From a bacterium (lineage in GTDB: Bacteria; Patescibacteriota; Minisyncoccia; Minisyncoccales; GWA2-46-15), in NCBI GenBank assembly GCA_030704795.1, contig JAUYCZ010000028.1:83202-147201 (forward strand): a stretch of DNA of 64,000 bases. Reading direction: 5' to 3'. The notes under the pieces are model-generated. The model was given only the letters and a program-made list of their open reading frames with translations. It made no database searches and was not told the origin of the DNA. Both the position numbers and the translations under genes were made by a program. Positions 18,678-29,093 of this stretch are shown here, piece after piece (the stretch's first letter is position 1; every line of letters begins with the position of its first letter).

Positions 18678-19396
18678 CAGAGTATTTTTTTAATTTCCTG
18701 CCAAATTTTTTCGTGGATTATTTTTGGCGGCAATAATTTGCCGTTTTCAAGGCAACCTACCAGCTTAAAATCTTTAGGATTATCCTTGGCCGCCTTCATA
18801 TAGGAACGGAAAGCATTTTTAAGGTGATTCAAGTCCTTTTCGTAAATATCTTTTGGCTTATTCTCAAGATAAGACTGTCTTTTTGCCAGTTTTTTCTTGT
18901 CGGTTATTGTTCTAGAATCGGATAATCTAAAAGATATTTCCGGGGAAACGTCGAAGATAAGACTTATATCTGGCTTGGGAATTTCAAAAATTCCGTATTC
19001 TAAATCATAAAGCCATTTTAAATATTTTTGCCTTTGTTTCTGATCTTTGATTTTCCCGCCCTGATATCCTATGGCTGAAGTTACATAACGATCGGAAATC
19101 ACGATTTTGCCTGCTTGCAATTGTTTTCTAATTTTAAAGCTGGCATCGTAACGGTCGCAGGCGAAGAAGATCGACGCCCGATAGGGGCCGACTTCTTCCG
19201 CCGTACCGTACTTTCCGTTGAGATAATCATCCACTAACGTGGCTGATCTTTCACCGTGCTGGGGAAAATCAAAAAAAGCCACTCGATGCCCTCCTCTCTT
19301 TAGGCGCCGGATGAGCAATTTCAGCTGGGTGGATTTGCCCGAGCCGTCCAAGCCGTCGATGACGATAAACCGGCCGGGATGAGGATTTTTGATCAT
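18677..19396 (-). CDS. tmk: thymidylate kinase
   Basis: Contains [15 protein letters not shown] and [12 protein letters not shown]. Confidence 0.85.
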   Translation of the reverse strand: MIKNPHPGRFIVIDGLDGSGKSTQLKLLIRRLKRGGHRVAFFDFPQHGERSATLVDDYLNGKYGTAEEVGPYRASIFFACDRYDASFKIRKQLQAGKIVISDRYVTSAIGYQGGKIKDQKQRQKYLKWLYDLEYGIFEIPKPDISLIFDVSPEISFRLSDSRTITDKKKLAKRQSYLENKPKDIYEKDLNHLKNAFRSYMKAAKDNPKDFKLVGCLENGKLLPPKIIHEKIWQEIKKIL

Positions 19397-19815
19397 ACAA
19401 TTTCAATGCCCATGCTTTTGGCGGTGCCTTCAATCGTCTTTTCCGCCGCCTCGATGGTATCGGCGCTGAGATCAGGCAGTTTCTTTTGAGCAATCTCTCT
19501 CAGCTGAGCCCGAGTGATCTTACCCGCCTTGACGGTATTAGGCTTGCCCGAGCCCTTTTCAATGGCCGCCGCTCTCTTCAGAAGGGCGGTCACCAAAGGA
19601 GTCTTGGCCTTAAAATTATAGCTTCGGTCCTCAAAAACCGTCACCTCAACGGGTAACTTCCAGCCAATTTGAGCTTTGGTGGCTTCATTAAACTTCTGGC
19701 AGAACTCCGCGATATTAACGCCTTGTTGAGCCAGCGCCGGACCCACCGGAGGGGCCGGAGTGGCTTGACCCGCCGGGATTTGTAATTTTATTACTGCCTT
19801 AATCTTCTTAGCCAT
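19393..19815 (-). CDS. rplK: 50S ribosomal protein L11
   Basis: [29 protein letters not shown]. Confidence 0.95.
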   Translation of the reverse strand: MAKKIKAVIKLQIPAGQATPAPPVGPALAQQGVNIAEFCQKFNEATKAQIGWKLPVEVTVFEDRSYNFKAKTPLVTALLKRAAAIEKGSGKPNTVKAGKITRAQLREIAQKKLPDLSADTIEAAEKTIEGTAKSMGIEIV

Positions 19816-19833
19816 AGTGTTATATCTTTTTTA

Positions 19834-19849
19834 CCTCGCTCTAGCGAGG
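19834..19849 (-). repeat. conserved post-stop hairpin CCTCGC-TCTA-GCGAGG (copy 1)
   Basis: Lies immediately 3' of the nusG TAG stop. It is near-identical to the copy at 43074-43089, and both share the context TTACCTCGCTCTA(G/A)CGAGGCTA. Confidence 0.7.
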
Positions 19850-20395
19850 CTAAAGTTTCTTTATCTGTAATGAATCTAACTCCACCGGCGTATCCCTCCC
19901 AAACATATTGATTAAAACTTTAACCTTGCCCCTTTCTTCATCAACCTCCGAAACCTTGCCATCAAAATCCTTGAATGGTCCATCCGTGATCTTGATCGAA
20001 TCATTGATCTTAACGTCAATCTTAAAGCGAGGCTCTTCCGTACCCATTCTCTTCTTCAGGTTTTCTACCTCTTGCTGAGAAACCGGGATGGGCGTGGTGC
20101 CCGCTCCGACAAAACCGGTGACATTGGGCGTGTTCCTGACGACGTACCAGGAATCATCGGTCACGATCATCTCAACCAGAACATAACCGGGATAGATTTT
20201 TTCTTCTACGGTTCTTCTCTTGCCGTTTTTGATCTTAATTTTCTTTTCTTTGGGCACAATGACATTAAAAATCTTGTCTTCCATGCCCAAAGACTCAATT
20301 CTCTGTTTGAGGTTCCTGGCCACCGCATCCTCGTAACCCGAATAGGTGTGAATGACGTACCAGTTCTTTTCCTGAGGAAGTTTTTGTTTCGGCAT
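19850..20395 (-). CDS. nusG: transcription termination/antitermination factor NusG
   Basis: WYVIHTYSGYE in the NGN domain plus a KOW domain. Confidence 0.95.
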   Translation of the reverse strand: MPKQKLPQEKNWYVIHTYSGYEDAVARNLKQRIESLGMEDKIFNVIVPKEKKIKIKNGKRRTVEEKIYPGYVLVEMIVTDDSWYVVRNTPNVTGFVGAGTTPIPVSQQEVENLKKRMGTEEPRFKIDVKINDSIKITDGPFKDFDGKVSEVDEERGKVKVLINMFGRDTPVELDSLQIKKL

Positions 20396-20443
20396 AATTC
20401 GAGCCCCAGCGAGAATTAAGGTTCTCGCACAGCTGAGGTTCTT
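20396..20443. repeat. 48-nt intergenic repeat, core hairpin GCGAGAA-TTAAGG-TTCTCGC
   Basis: Its reverse complement matches 24868-24914 at about 40 of 47 positions. It fills the secE-nusG spacer. Confidence 0.75.
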
Positions 20444-20446
20444 ATG

Positions 20447-20662
20447 TTATCTCGTCATAATAACCCGATTAAGCCCGGTCGTAAAGAGAAAGTCCACGCC
20501 GCCCAAAAAGACCGCCAAGATAAAGGAAACGCCGATGACGAGCAGGGTGTATCTCAAAACCTCTTTTTTGGTTGGCCAATTGACTTTCCTGGCTTCAAGC
20601 CAAACTCCCTTGAGAAATGTGATGATGCGGTCAAAAATGTTCATGTTTTCTATCTTAAACAA
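20447..20662 (-). CDS. secE: preprotein translocase subunit SecE
   Basis: Contains VNWPTKKEVL plus a single C-terminal TM segment, upstream of nusG. Confidence 0.8.
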   Translation of the reverse strand: MFKIENMNIFDRIITFLKGVWLEARKVNWPTKKEVLRYTLLVIGVSFILAVFLGGVDFLFTTGLNRVIMTR

Positions 20663-20674
20663 AATAATTTTTAT

Positions 20675-22771
<2,097 letters not shown>

Positions 22772-24865
22772 TTACTGCCGTCGAACTGACCAATCCCGAG
22801 ACTGGCATCTTTCGATTATCTTGACCAAAATATCTTCTACCTCTTTGGCCGAAAGAGTTCTTTCGGCCGACTGAAAGGTCAAGCGGAAAGAGAGGCTTTT
22901 TTTTCCGGCCGGCAGCTCTTCTCCTTGATAGACACTGACCAATTCCAGCTTTTTCAAAAGGGAAATCTTCAAGGACTGAATTAAGGAAAGAACATTCCGG
23001 GTGCCGGTTTTTTCAGAAACGAGCAGCGTCAAGTCCCTCTTGGCGGCCGGGTGTTTGGACAGAGGGTGATAAATCTTCTGATCAGAAAACTCGGGAAAGA
23101 GCTTTTCAAAATTTATCTCTAAGGCGTAAAGTGGCGAGCTTATTCTCTCGCCCTCGGGCGAGAAATTCCCAGTGAAACTGGGAATTTTCAGACTTTCTCT
23201 AATTTCTTCCTTGACCTGGCCCAAATGGCCGACTATTTCTCGACCAACCTTGACTTGAAAGAACCCCTGGGGTTCGAAAATACTTTCTCCCCGGCCCTTC
23301 TCGTAAACCAAAGTTATTCCCACCTCTTGGCAGAAAAAATCTAATCCCCCTTTCAGTTCCGTAAAGTCCGCTTGGCCCCGGCCCCAGACGGCCGCGGAAA
23401 TCCGCCTTTCTTCCACCGGAGAAGAATTGGGACTTCTTAAAAAAACCTTTCCCAACTCGAAGATTTTGATTACGTCAAAATTCTTCGAGTTAAGAACGAC
23501 GTTTAAAAAAAGATTGGGCAAAAGCGAGGGCACAAGATAGGGACGATTCTGATCCAAGGGATTCTCCAACTCCAATAATTCTTCTTTTATTAAACCAAAG
23601 GCGCCTTGAGCCGTCTTTGATAAAAAAGAATAATTCCAGACCTCGGAGAAACCCGCCTCGACAAATATATCGCGAGTTTTTTCTTCCCAGAAGATATTAC
23701 GATTCTCCGCCGGTGGCAGAGAAAGAATAACCCGAGGAAGTTCATCGGGAATATTATGATAGCCTAGAATCCGACCGATTTCTTCGACGAGGTCTTCCGC
23801 TAGAACAAGGTCGGGTCTCCAAGTCGGAATCGTCGCTGAAATCCTCTCTTTTGAGGTTTTTTGACAGCCCAATCCCAGGCTCGTTAAGATTTTGATAATC
23901 TCTCCGCCGTTGATTTTTCCGCCCAAAAGACTCTCGACCATTTTGAAATCCAAAACGATCTTTCTCGACACCTTAGCCCTGCCTCTTGCAGGGTAAAAAT
24001 CAACTCTGCCCCGGGCAATCCTGCCTTGAGCTAATTTTTGAATCAAGAAAGCGGCCCGGTCAACCGCAACTTCGGTTAGATTCGGATCAACGCCATGCTC
24101 AAACCGCCAGGAAGCGTCGGTTTTCAGGCTCAAGTTTTTAGACCCTTTTCTGATAGTTTTTGAATTAAAGTTGGCCGCTTCGAGTAAAATTATCTTGGTC
24201 TTCTGGTCAACCCCGGTCGTTAATTCTCCTTTAATTCCGGCCACCCCGATCGGCTTCTCTGAATCGGCAATGACGAGCGTCTGGGAGTCCAATTGATATT
24301 CTTTCCGGTCGAGGGTGGTAATTTTTTCTCCAGCTCTCGCCCTTCTGATAAAGATGGTCTTTGGCGTTTTTTGGCCAGCGATTTTTTCAAAATCAAAAGC
24401 GTGGAGCGGCTGACCGCTAGCCAGCATCAAGTAATTGGCAATGTCCACGACATTGTTAATTGACTGCAAACCGCAGGCTTTCAACTTTTCCTTCAACCAA
24501 ACCGGCGACGGCCCAACCCTGATATGATTGATAATTCTGGCCGTATATCTCCGGCAGTCTTTTGGATTTTCGATCTTTAATCTGACAAAATCCGCGGTTT
24601 TGCTTTGTTTGTCCTCGCTAATTTTGAAAGGATGAGGCTGCCATTTTGTTTTCAGAATGGCGGCCATTTCTCGGGCGATGCCCCAGTGGCAAAAGCAGTC
24701 TGCGCCCCGATTGGGCCGAACTTCAATATCCAAGACAAAATCCCGGCCGCTTTTTTCGACTTCCTCGACGTTGGCAAAATGGTCAGATAAAAGCTCAGCC
24801 AGCTTGAGGGGCGGCGGCAATTTGTCTTTGAAATAAGACTGAAGCCACTGGTAGGAAAATTTCAT
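22772..24865 (-). CDS. pheT: phenylalanyl-tRNA synthetase beta subunit (lacks N-terminal tRNA-binding domain, 697 aa)
   Basis: MKFSYQWLQ..., B3/B4, B5 and FDX-ACB domains. Confidence 0.95.
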   Translation of the reverse strand: MKFSYQWLQSYFKDKLPPPLKLAELLSDHFANVEEVEKSGRDFVLDIEVRPNRGADCFCHWGIAREMAAILKTKWQPHPFKISEDKQSKTADFVRLKIENPKDCRRYTARIINHIRVGPSPVWLKEKLKACGLQSINNVVDIANYLMLASGQPLHAFDFEKIAGQKTPKTIFIRRARAGEKITTLDRKEYQLDSQTLVIADSEKPIGVAGIKGELTTGVDQKTKIILLEAANFNSKTIRKGSKNLSLKTDASWRFEHGVDPNLTEVAVDRAAFLIQKLAQGRIARGRVDFYPARGRAKVSRKIVLDFKMVESLLGGKINGGEIIKILTSLGLGCQKTSKERISATIPTWRPDLVLAEDLVEEIGRILGYHNIPDELPRVILSLPPAENRNIFWEEKTRDIFVEAGFSEVWNYSFLSKTAQGAFGLIKEELLELENPLDQNRPYLVPSLLPNLFLNVVLNSKNFDVIKIFELGKVFLRSPNSSPVEERRISAAVWGRGQADFTELKGGLDFFCQEVGITLVYEKGRGESIFEPQGFFQVKVGREIVGHLGQVKEEIRESLKIPSFTGNFSPEGERISSPLYALEINFEKLFPEFSDQKIYHPLSKHPAAKRDLTLLVSEKTGTRNVLSLIQSLKISLLKKLELVSVYQGEELPAGKKSLSFRLTFQSAERTLSAKEVEDILVKIIERCQSRDWSVRRQ

Positions 24866-24867
24866 CT

Positions 24868-24914
24868 AAGAACCTCGCTTCGCGAGAACCTTAATTCTCG
24901 CTAATGCTCGAATT
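24868..24914. repeat. 47-nt intergenic repeat (AAGAACCTCGCTTCGCGAGAACCTTAATTCTCGCTAATGCTCGAATT)
   Basis: Fills the pheS-pheT spacer. It contains two mutually exclusive hairpins (CTCGC-TTC-GCGAG and GCGAGAA-CCTTAA-TTCTCGC). Confidence 0.75.
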
Positions 24915-25968
24915 AGAATTGTTCTAAAAACCTTAGATCACCGGAATTAAAAATGCGGATATCGTTGATCTTGTATTTCATCATTGTTAATCTGTCCCAG
25001 CCAAAGCCAAAAGCCCAGCCTTTCCATATTTTTGGGTCCAGCCCGCAGGCCGTGAAGACGTTCGGATGGACCAGACCGGCTCCGGCCACCTCCAGCCAGC
25101 CGGTCCTCTTGCAGACTGGACAGCCTTTGCCGGAACAAGCCAGGCAGGTCATGGCGACGTCAAAAGAAGGCTCGGTGAAAGGGAAGAAATCGGGCCGAAG
25201 ACGGAATTTCAGATTTTTGTCAAAAAATCTTTTCAGAAACTCGCCAATGATCGCTTTAAAATTGGCGGCGGAGACATTTTTATCAACCATCAGGCCTTCG
25301 AGTTGGTAAAATTGGGCTTCATGGGAAGCATCGGTCGCCTCATAGCGGAAAACTTTACCCGGAGCAATGATTCTCACGGGCGGTTTGTGAGCCATTAAAT
25401 ATCTGGCCTGCACTGGACTGGTGTGGGTCCGCAACAACAACCTTGGGTTTTGCTTGCCCGCCGAAGCTTTGGCGAAGGCGGGTGGCTTTAGCCAAATGGT
25501 ATTCCAGGCGTCCCGGGCTGGATGATCTTTGGGAATATTTAAGGCGTCAAAGTTGTGCCATTCGTCTTCTATTTCCGGTCCCAAAGCGACGTCAAAGCCC
25601 ATCGAAGCAAAAATAGAAATGATTTCTCTCTTAGTTTGGGTCAGGGGGTGCAGGTGGCCGATTTCAGGCATTTTGCCAGGTTTGTCCGGGTCAAAAAAAT
25701 CACTGGTGGCGATCCGGGATTCGACTTTCCGTAAAAATTCTTTTTTCCGAGAAACGGTTGTTTCCAAAAAACGCTTTAAGAGATTAACCGCCCGGCCCCA
25801 TTCTCCTCTTTGGCTCTCCGGTAATTTTGAAAATCTCTTAAAAAGTAAATTTATCTCTTTTTGATGTCGACGAAAAACCGCCTCCAATTCTTTGATATCT
25901 TTGGCGGCAGAAATATCCGCTTCGGCTTGATTTTTTAGCGTTTTTAAATCGGGTTCCAGCATTGCCAT
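24913..25968 (-). CDS. pheS: phenylalanyl-tRNA synthetase alpha subunit
   Basis: Class II motifs (LLRTHTSPVQ, FRYEATDASHEAQFYQLEG, GFGWDRLTMM). Confidence 0.95.
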   Translation of the reverse strand: MAMLEPDLKTLKNQAEADISAAKDIKELEAVFRRHQKEINLLFKRFSKLPESQRGEWGRAVNLLKRFLETTVSRKKEFLRKVESRIATSDFFDPDKPGKMPEIGHLHPLTQTKREIISIFASMGFDVALGPEIEDEWHNFDALNIPKDHPARDAWNTIWLKPPAFAKASAGKQNPRLLLRTHTSPVQARYLMAHKPPVRIIAPGKVFRYEATDASHEAQFYQLEGLMVDKNVSAANFKAIIGEFLKRFFDKNLKFRLRPDFFPFTEPSFDVAMTCLACSGKGCPVCKRTGWLEVAGAGLVHPNVFTACGLDPKIWKGWAFGFGWDRLTMMKYKINDIRIFNSGDLRFLEQF

Positions 25969-26077
25969 TAGGCATATTGGGCGTGCCGCCCATTATGACT
26001 TTCTGTCTTCTTCAGTAGCATTATTTTACCTTAAAATTAAGATAAAGGCAACTGTGGAAAACCCAATCTGGAGAACC

Positions 26078-26101
26078 AAAAACAGGCTTATCCTGAGCCT
26101 G
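26078..26101 (-). terminator. Rho-independent terminator of the tRNA cluster (CAGGCT-CAGGATA-AGCCTG-TTTTT)
   Basis: A 6-bp stem plus a U-run on the minus strand, downstream of tRNA-Asp. Confidence 0.6.
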
Positions 26102-26169
26102 TCGAAGGGTTTATTACATAAAGGGGCGAAACGTACAATTTGCTAGGCAAATTTACGCTCTGTACGTTG

Positions 26170-26243
26170 CGCGGCCGACCGGGCTCGAACCGGCAACCTC
26201 CGCCGTGACAGGGCGGCGATCTAACCAATTGATCTACGGCCGC
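26170..26243 (-). tRNA. tRNA-Asp (GTC)
   Basis: Cloverleaf folded by hand: acceptor GCGGCCG/CGGCCGC, D-arm GATC-AATTGGTTA-GATC, anticodon loop CTGTCAC, T-arm GCCGG-TTCGAGC-CCGGT. CCA is not encoded. Confidence 0.9.
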
Positions 26244-26258
26244 ATATTTTAGCAGGGA

Positions 26259-26334
26259 TGGTACCGGGGGCGAGGATCGAACTCGCGACACCAGGCTTAT
26301 GAGTCCTGTGCTCTACCAACTGAGCTACCCCGGC
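26259..26334 (-). tRNA. tRNA-Met or tRNA-Ile2 (CAT), CCA encoded
   Basis: Cloverleaf: GCCGGGG/CCCCGGT (G1:U72), D-arm GCTC-AGTTGGTA-GAGC, anticodon loop CTCATAA, T-arm GCGAG-TTCGATC-CTCGC, A73-CCA. There is an A31:G39 mismatch. Confidence 0.85.
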
Positions 26335-26392
26335 GCGTCGATGGCGCTAGCACTGAGCGAGTGGTGAGTTTATCGAACCACGAGTCGAAGTG

Positions 26393-26463
26393 TTGCGGGG
26401 GCCGGAATTGCACCGGCGTCCCAAGGTTATGAGCCTCGTGAGGTACTACTCCTCCACCCCGCG
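26393..26463 (-). tRNA. initiator-like tRNA (CAT) with non-canonical D and T loops
   Basis: The acceptor CGCGGGG...CCCCGCA-A gives the C1:A72 mismatch and A73 of bacterial tRNA-fMet, and the anticodon loop is CTCATAA. The D loop AGTAGTA lacks GG and the T loop is TGCAATT instead of TTCRANY. The 5' 37 nt overlap the GIY-YIG ORF. Confidence 0.65.
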
Positions 26464-26702
26464 ATGTATTGCTTTATTCTTTCTTTGTTTTTCAATGATT
26501 TCAAGTATCGTTCGGCCTTGACTGCCCTTGCTCTGCTTGGAAACTCTTTTTTGTATAACGGTTGCCACGGCTGATAACGCCTCGTGTAACTCGTCTTGGT
26601 GTTGTCATTATGTTCTTTTAGCCTTCTTTCGATATTATTCGTCTGGCCAATATAATATCGATCGGTTGATTTACTAAATAAAATATAAACGATATATTTC
26701 AT
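26427..26702 (-). CDS. small GIY-YIG (URI-domain) nuclease family protein
   Basis: Contains YIVYILFS...RYYIGQTNNIERRLKEHN. The last 11 codons and the TAA stop are encoded by the 5' half of the tRNA, so the true functional C-terminus is uncertain. Confidence 0.8.
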   Translation of the reverse strand: MKYIVYILFSKSTDRYYIGQTNNIERRLKEHNDNTKTSYTRRYQPWQPLYKKEFPSRARAVKAERYLKSLKNKERIKQYIAGWRSSTSRGS

Positions 26703-26706
26703 TTAA

Positions 26707-26756
26707 CCAAGGTTATGAGTCCCGCTGTAAGCGGGATACTACTCCTCCACCCCGCG
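26707..26756 (-). pseudogene. duplicated 5' fragment of the initiator-like tRNA (acceptor/D-arm 20 nt and anticodon-loop 13 nt identical, middle replaced by hairpin TCCCGC-TTACA-GCGGGA)
   Basis: Direct-repeat alignment with 26421-26463. It ends 4 nt before the GIY-YIG ATG and has no 3' half. Confidence 0.7.
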
Positions 26757-26764
26757 GTGTTTAG

Positions 26765-27277
26765 TTAGAGAGCATCTAATTCCCGCAAAGCTCTCTCGTA
26801 AATGCCGATGACCCTAGTTGTCTGTTCAAAATCCAGGCGGTAATCAGGATCATGAACGATATCCTGGCGAACTTGATGAGCTTGAGTCAAATCATCCAGG
26901 CTGGGCAATTGAGACTTATCCATCTTCTTTAATCGATCGCCAAAGCTTTCTCCGCCTAACCCCATTCTGGCCAGGATCTCTTCGATCAGGCTTTCCGCCT
27001 CAATGATGGCCAACTTCCAATCGGCCGCATTGGGCGTTTCCAGTCTTTTAGTAATGACTAGCCATTTTTTCTCGACCTTGCCAACGCCGTAGGCTTTCTG
27101 GTTCTTTAACTCGATCAGGTCCTGCCAAAAACCCATCTGAATAAAGGTAGGACTCTTTTTCAGAGAAAAAAGGCTCACTCCCAAAAAGAAGAGAAAAATA
27201 ATCGGGGCAATAATTTTGGTCAGGAAGATCAAAAACTGAACCGTCGATGACTCGAGGATGAAATTAATCAGTTCCAT
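26765..27277 (-). CDS. hypothetical membrane-anchored protein (170 aa)
   Basis: Has an N-terminal hydrophobic segment and a helical C-terminal domain. I do not recognise the family. Confidence 0.5.
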   Translation of the reverse strand: MELINFILESSTVQFLIFLTKIIAPIIFLFFLGVSLFSLKKSPTFIQMGFWQDLIELKNQKAYGVGKVEKKWLVITKRLETPNAADWKLAIIEAESLIEEILARMGLGGESFGDRLKKMDKSQLPSLDDLTQAHQVRQDIVHDPDYRLDFEQTTRVIGIYERALRELDAL

Positions 27278-27336
27278 AGCTCTATGTTAGCAAAAAGACT
27301 CTTGAAAATCAACCCGAAAGAAGTTAAGCTGAATTA

Positions 27337-27627
27337 ATGACCAAACTAACTACAGAAGAAGTAAAGCACGTGGCCCGGCTGGCCCGCATCGGCTTGACGG
27401 AAAAGGAATTAGAGAAATTCCAAAACCAACTTTCGTCAATTTTAGATTTTGTCGGCCAACTCCAAAAAGTCGACACCGCCAAAACCAAACCGCTGAACCA
27501 GACCACCGGTCTCAAGAACGTCTGGAGAGAAGACCTCGTCACCCCCTCTCTTTCTCAAGAGGAAGCTTTGCAGAACGCTCCAGAAAAATTCAATGGCTAT
27601 TTTAAAACTAAAGCCGCTTTGAAATAA
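27337..27627 (+). CDS. gatC: Asp/Glu-tRNA amidotransferase subunit C
   Basis: VKHVARLARIGLTEKELEKFQNQLSSILDFV. Confidence 0.9.
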   Translation: MTKLTTEEVKHVARLARIGLTEKELEKFQNQLSSILDFVGQLQKVDTAKTKPLNQTTGLKNVWREDLVTPSLSQEEALQNAPEKFNGYFKTKAALK

Positions 27628-29093
27628 TGGAATTATCTGATCTGACCCTGAAAAAAGCGCGGGCCGGTCTGGAAAACAAGGATTTTTCGGCCAAAGAATT
27701 GGTTTCGGCTACCCTGGAAAGAATCCAAAAACTGGATCCAAAAATCTCGGCCTTCCTGACCGTTTGCCCCGAATCAGCCTTAAAACAGGCGGCGGAGACG
27801 GATGAACTGATCGCCCGGAGCCAAAAACTCAAGGCCTTGAGCGGCATCCCTTTTTCAGCCAAAGACGTCTTCTCGACGCAGGGAATTAAAACGACGGCGG
27901 CCTCGAGAATCCTGGAGAACTATATCCCCGTCTATGACGCCACGGCCATTAAAAAACTCCGGGAGGCTGGCGCGATTCTCATCGGCAAAACCAATCACGA
28001 CGCTTTTGGTTTCGGCTCCTCGACAGAAAACTCGGACTTCCAGGTCACTCATAACCCCTGGAACTTAAATAAAGTGCCGGGTGGGTCTTCCGGTGGATCG
28101 GCCGCGGCCGTGGCCAGCGGCATGGGAGTCTTCTCCCTGGCTGAAGACACGGGCGGCTCAATCAGGCAACCGGCTTGTTTTTGCGGCGTCACCGGACTCA
28201 AAGTAACCTATGGCCTGGTTTCGAGATACGGCGTGATCGCTTACGGATCTTCGCTGGATACCATCGGCGTCATCACTCCGTCCGTGGAGGACGCCGCCTT
28301 TCTCCTGGGAATAATTGCCGGCCCGGACCCGCTTGACGCCACGACCATGCCAAACCCGATTCCTGATTATCTTGAATCCCTCAACCAGGGAATAAAGGGC
28401 TTGAGAATCGGCCTTCCCAAAGAGTATTTCATTGAGGGCATTGATCCAGAAGTAAAGCAGTCTTTAGACGAAGCTGTAAAAAAGTTCGAGAAGTTAGGAG
28501 CCAAAACAGAGTCGGTTTCTCTGCCCCACACTCCCGACGCCATTCCGGCTTACTATCTTTCTGGCATCAGCGAAGTCAGCGCCAACCTAGCCCGTTATGA
28601 CGGGGTCAGATTCGGCTATTCTAGTCCAGAAGCCCGAGAACTGGAAGATCTTTATCTCGAATCGCGAGCCAAAGGTTTTGGTCCCGAAGTCAAACGCCGG
28701 ATCATGCTGGGAACCTATGCCTTATCGGCGGGCTATTACGATGCTTTCTATAAGAAAGCGCAGCAAGTTCGCTATCTGATAAAACAAGATTTTGATCGGG
28801 TTTTCCAAAAAGTCGATCTGCTCCTCGCTCCGGTCTCCCCTTTCCCGCCCTTTGGGATCGGCGAAAAAGCCGAAGACCCGTTGCAGATGTGGCTAGCCGA
28901 CATTTTCACTGTCACCATCAACCCGGCCGGGGTGCCAGGCCTGGCCCTGCCCTGCGGCTTTACTAAAAACAATCTGCCCATCGGCCTGCAACTGATCGGT
29001 CCGCAACTCTCTGAAGGCGTTCTCCTGAAAGCCGGCCACGCCTATCAAAGCCAGACCGACTGGCATAAACGGAGACCTTCATTATCAGCATAA
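27627..29093 (+). CDS. gatA: Asp/Glu-tRNA amidotransferase subunit A
   Basis: Amidase signature GGSSGGSAAAVA. Confidence 0.95.
   Translation: MELSDLTLKKARAGLENKDFSAKELVSATLERIQKLDPKISAFLTVCPESALKQAAETDELIARSQKLKALSGIPFSAKDVFSTQGIKTTAASRILENYIPVYDATAIKKLREAGAILIGKTNHDAFGFGSSTENSDFQVTHNPWNLNKVPGGSSGGSAAAVASGMGVFSLAEDTGGSIRQPACFCGVTGLKVTYGLVSRYGVIAYGSSLDTIGVITPSVEDAAFLLGIIAGPDPLDATTMPNPIPDYLESLNQGIKGLRIGLPKEYFIEGIDPEVKQSLDEAVKKFEKLGAKTESVSLPHTPDAIPAYYLSGISEVSANLARYDGVRFGYSSPEARELEDLYLESRAKGFGPEVKRRIMLGTYALSAGYYDAFYKKAQQVRYLIKQDFDRVFQKVDLLLAPVSPFPPFGIGEKAEDPLQMWLADIFTVTINPAGVPGLALPCGFTKNNLPIGLQLIGPQLSEGVLLKAGHAYQSQTDWHKRRPSLSA

Noticed and set aside
26131-26167. Imperfect long hairpin (ACGTACA..ATTTGC-TAG-GCAAAT..TGTACGT) directly 3' of tRNA-Asp
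   Set aside because: It is real as a structure, but I found no second copy or conserved motif. It is probably part of tRNA 3' processing or termination, so I have not elevated it to a finding.
26088-26291. A 67-aa minus-strand ORF
   Set aside because: It overlaps tRNA-Asp, tRNA-Met and the terminator, so it is an artefact of translating structured RNA genes.
26421-26756. Group I intron with a homing endonuclease inside the tRNA-fMet anticodon loop, as in some cyanobacteria
   Set aside because: The 5' exon is duplicated rather than split. The 286-nt repeat-to-repeat offset is almost entirely ORF, leaving no room for a ribozyme core. Splicing the two copies would yield a tRNA that cannot form a D stem.
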